This document shows positions 36,293 through 36,788 of a stretch of 36,788 nucleotides of DNA, one piece after another (positions within the stretch are counted from its first letter, which is position 1; every line of letters begins with the position of its first letter). This stretch comes from Candidatus Sumerlaeales bacterium. Lineage in GTDB: Bacteria > Sumerlaeota > Sumerlaeia > Sumerlaeales > Sumerlaeaceae. Below the pieces are notes generated by a model, which saw nothing but the letters and a program-made list of their open reading frames with translations, ran no database searches and was not told the DNA's origin. Position numbers and translations under genes: made by a program. The DNA is taken from the NCBI GenBank assembly GCA_038243585.1, contig JBBSQY010000035.1, positions 1 to 36,788 on the forward strand, given 5' to 3'.

Positions 36293-36478
36293 CGGCATAG
36301 TGTTCATTAACCGATCTATAAAACGAAGAGCAACGGTAGGGATGGCCCGCCGGGCAGTCGGCCTAATACGAGTCGGAATGGCTCAGACACCGGCTCCCTG
36401 CTTATAAATCTTAACCAACAGGTGCACTACCCGCTGGACGTTGTTTATAAGGGGGAAAAACACAACCTTTTGTTGCCG
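36293..36478. ncRNA. Candidate long-hairpin ncRNA (6S-RNA-sized), strand uncertain
   Basis: Nested complementary segments CGGCA/TGCCG, GTGTT/AACAC, TATAAA/TTTATA, GGTAG/CTACC, GCCGG/CCGGC and GTC/GAC with a large internal bulge, in non-coding sequence. Confidence 0.35.
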
Positions 36479-36788
36479 CCATGCACTAATCTGAAGGCAT
36501 TAAGTGTATCAAAAGGTTCCATTTTAATAGTTTTGAAAATTTCCAACATGTGACTAGCTTGGGTCATAAGCACTTATATCCCAGCATTAAAGGTCGCTGG
36601 CAGCTAAATTGGCCTGACTGTTGCGTGGATAAAAAGACGAAACCCGACAATGTATCTGTTGTCTGATTTCAGGAATACAAATCTGTTGGTGGGTACGAGC
36701 AGGCCCCGAAACTGCTTACTGATTGCCTATGTCTCGACTAACTAAAATGTTACGAAAAAGCAAAGCAAGCGTTGGTATCAACATGGCC

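Noticed and set aside
36194..36480. T-box riboswitch upstream of pheT
   Set aside because: GGTGGCCG only partly resembles the T-box GGTGGNACC; no Stem I motifs and no U-tailed terminator were found before pheT.
36626..36634. Isolated DnaA-box-like CGTGGATAA near the right end
   Set aside because: A single one-mismatch box with no trios or cluster is not enough to call a second origin.

Overview
This is a gene-dense, moderately GC-rich bacterial chromosomal window that looks like the origin-proximal region. It holds a parA-parB pair preceded by two perfect parS palindromes (2169-2210). About 23 kb away is a very convincing oriC (about 25080-25425), with an AT-rich unwinding element, DnaA-trios, a GC clamp and tandem DnaA boxes almost identical to the Bacillus subtilis basal unwinding system. 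This oriC is not next to dnaA or dnaN; it sits between a lone Xis/BldC-like HTH gene and a PLP aminotransferase. Housekeeping and metabolic genes include panD, argB, gmhA, prfC, msrB, larA, pheT (without pheS), an FGGY kinase and a PilB/GspE ATPase. Envelope and secreted proteins include a TolQ/ExbB-like protein, a DsbD-N lipoprotein, a DUF2092-TlpA fusion, a rhomboid, an FKBP, a PQQ sugar dehydrogenase with a C-terminal 'TSIEGWGLYE' tail, a ~1000-aa probable carbohydrate-active enzyme, and a discoidin/GT-C/ApbE operon. Two candidate structured RNAs are visible: an attenuator-like leader upstream of larA and a 6S-sized long hairpin upstream of pheT. Gene style suggests an understudied diderm lineage such as Ca. 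Sumerlaeota (BRC1), which is inference only. No CRISPR array, rRNA, tRNA, transposase or integrase was seen. All calls are from reading the sequence by eye; no searches were run.
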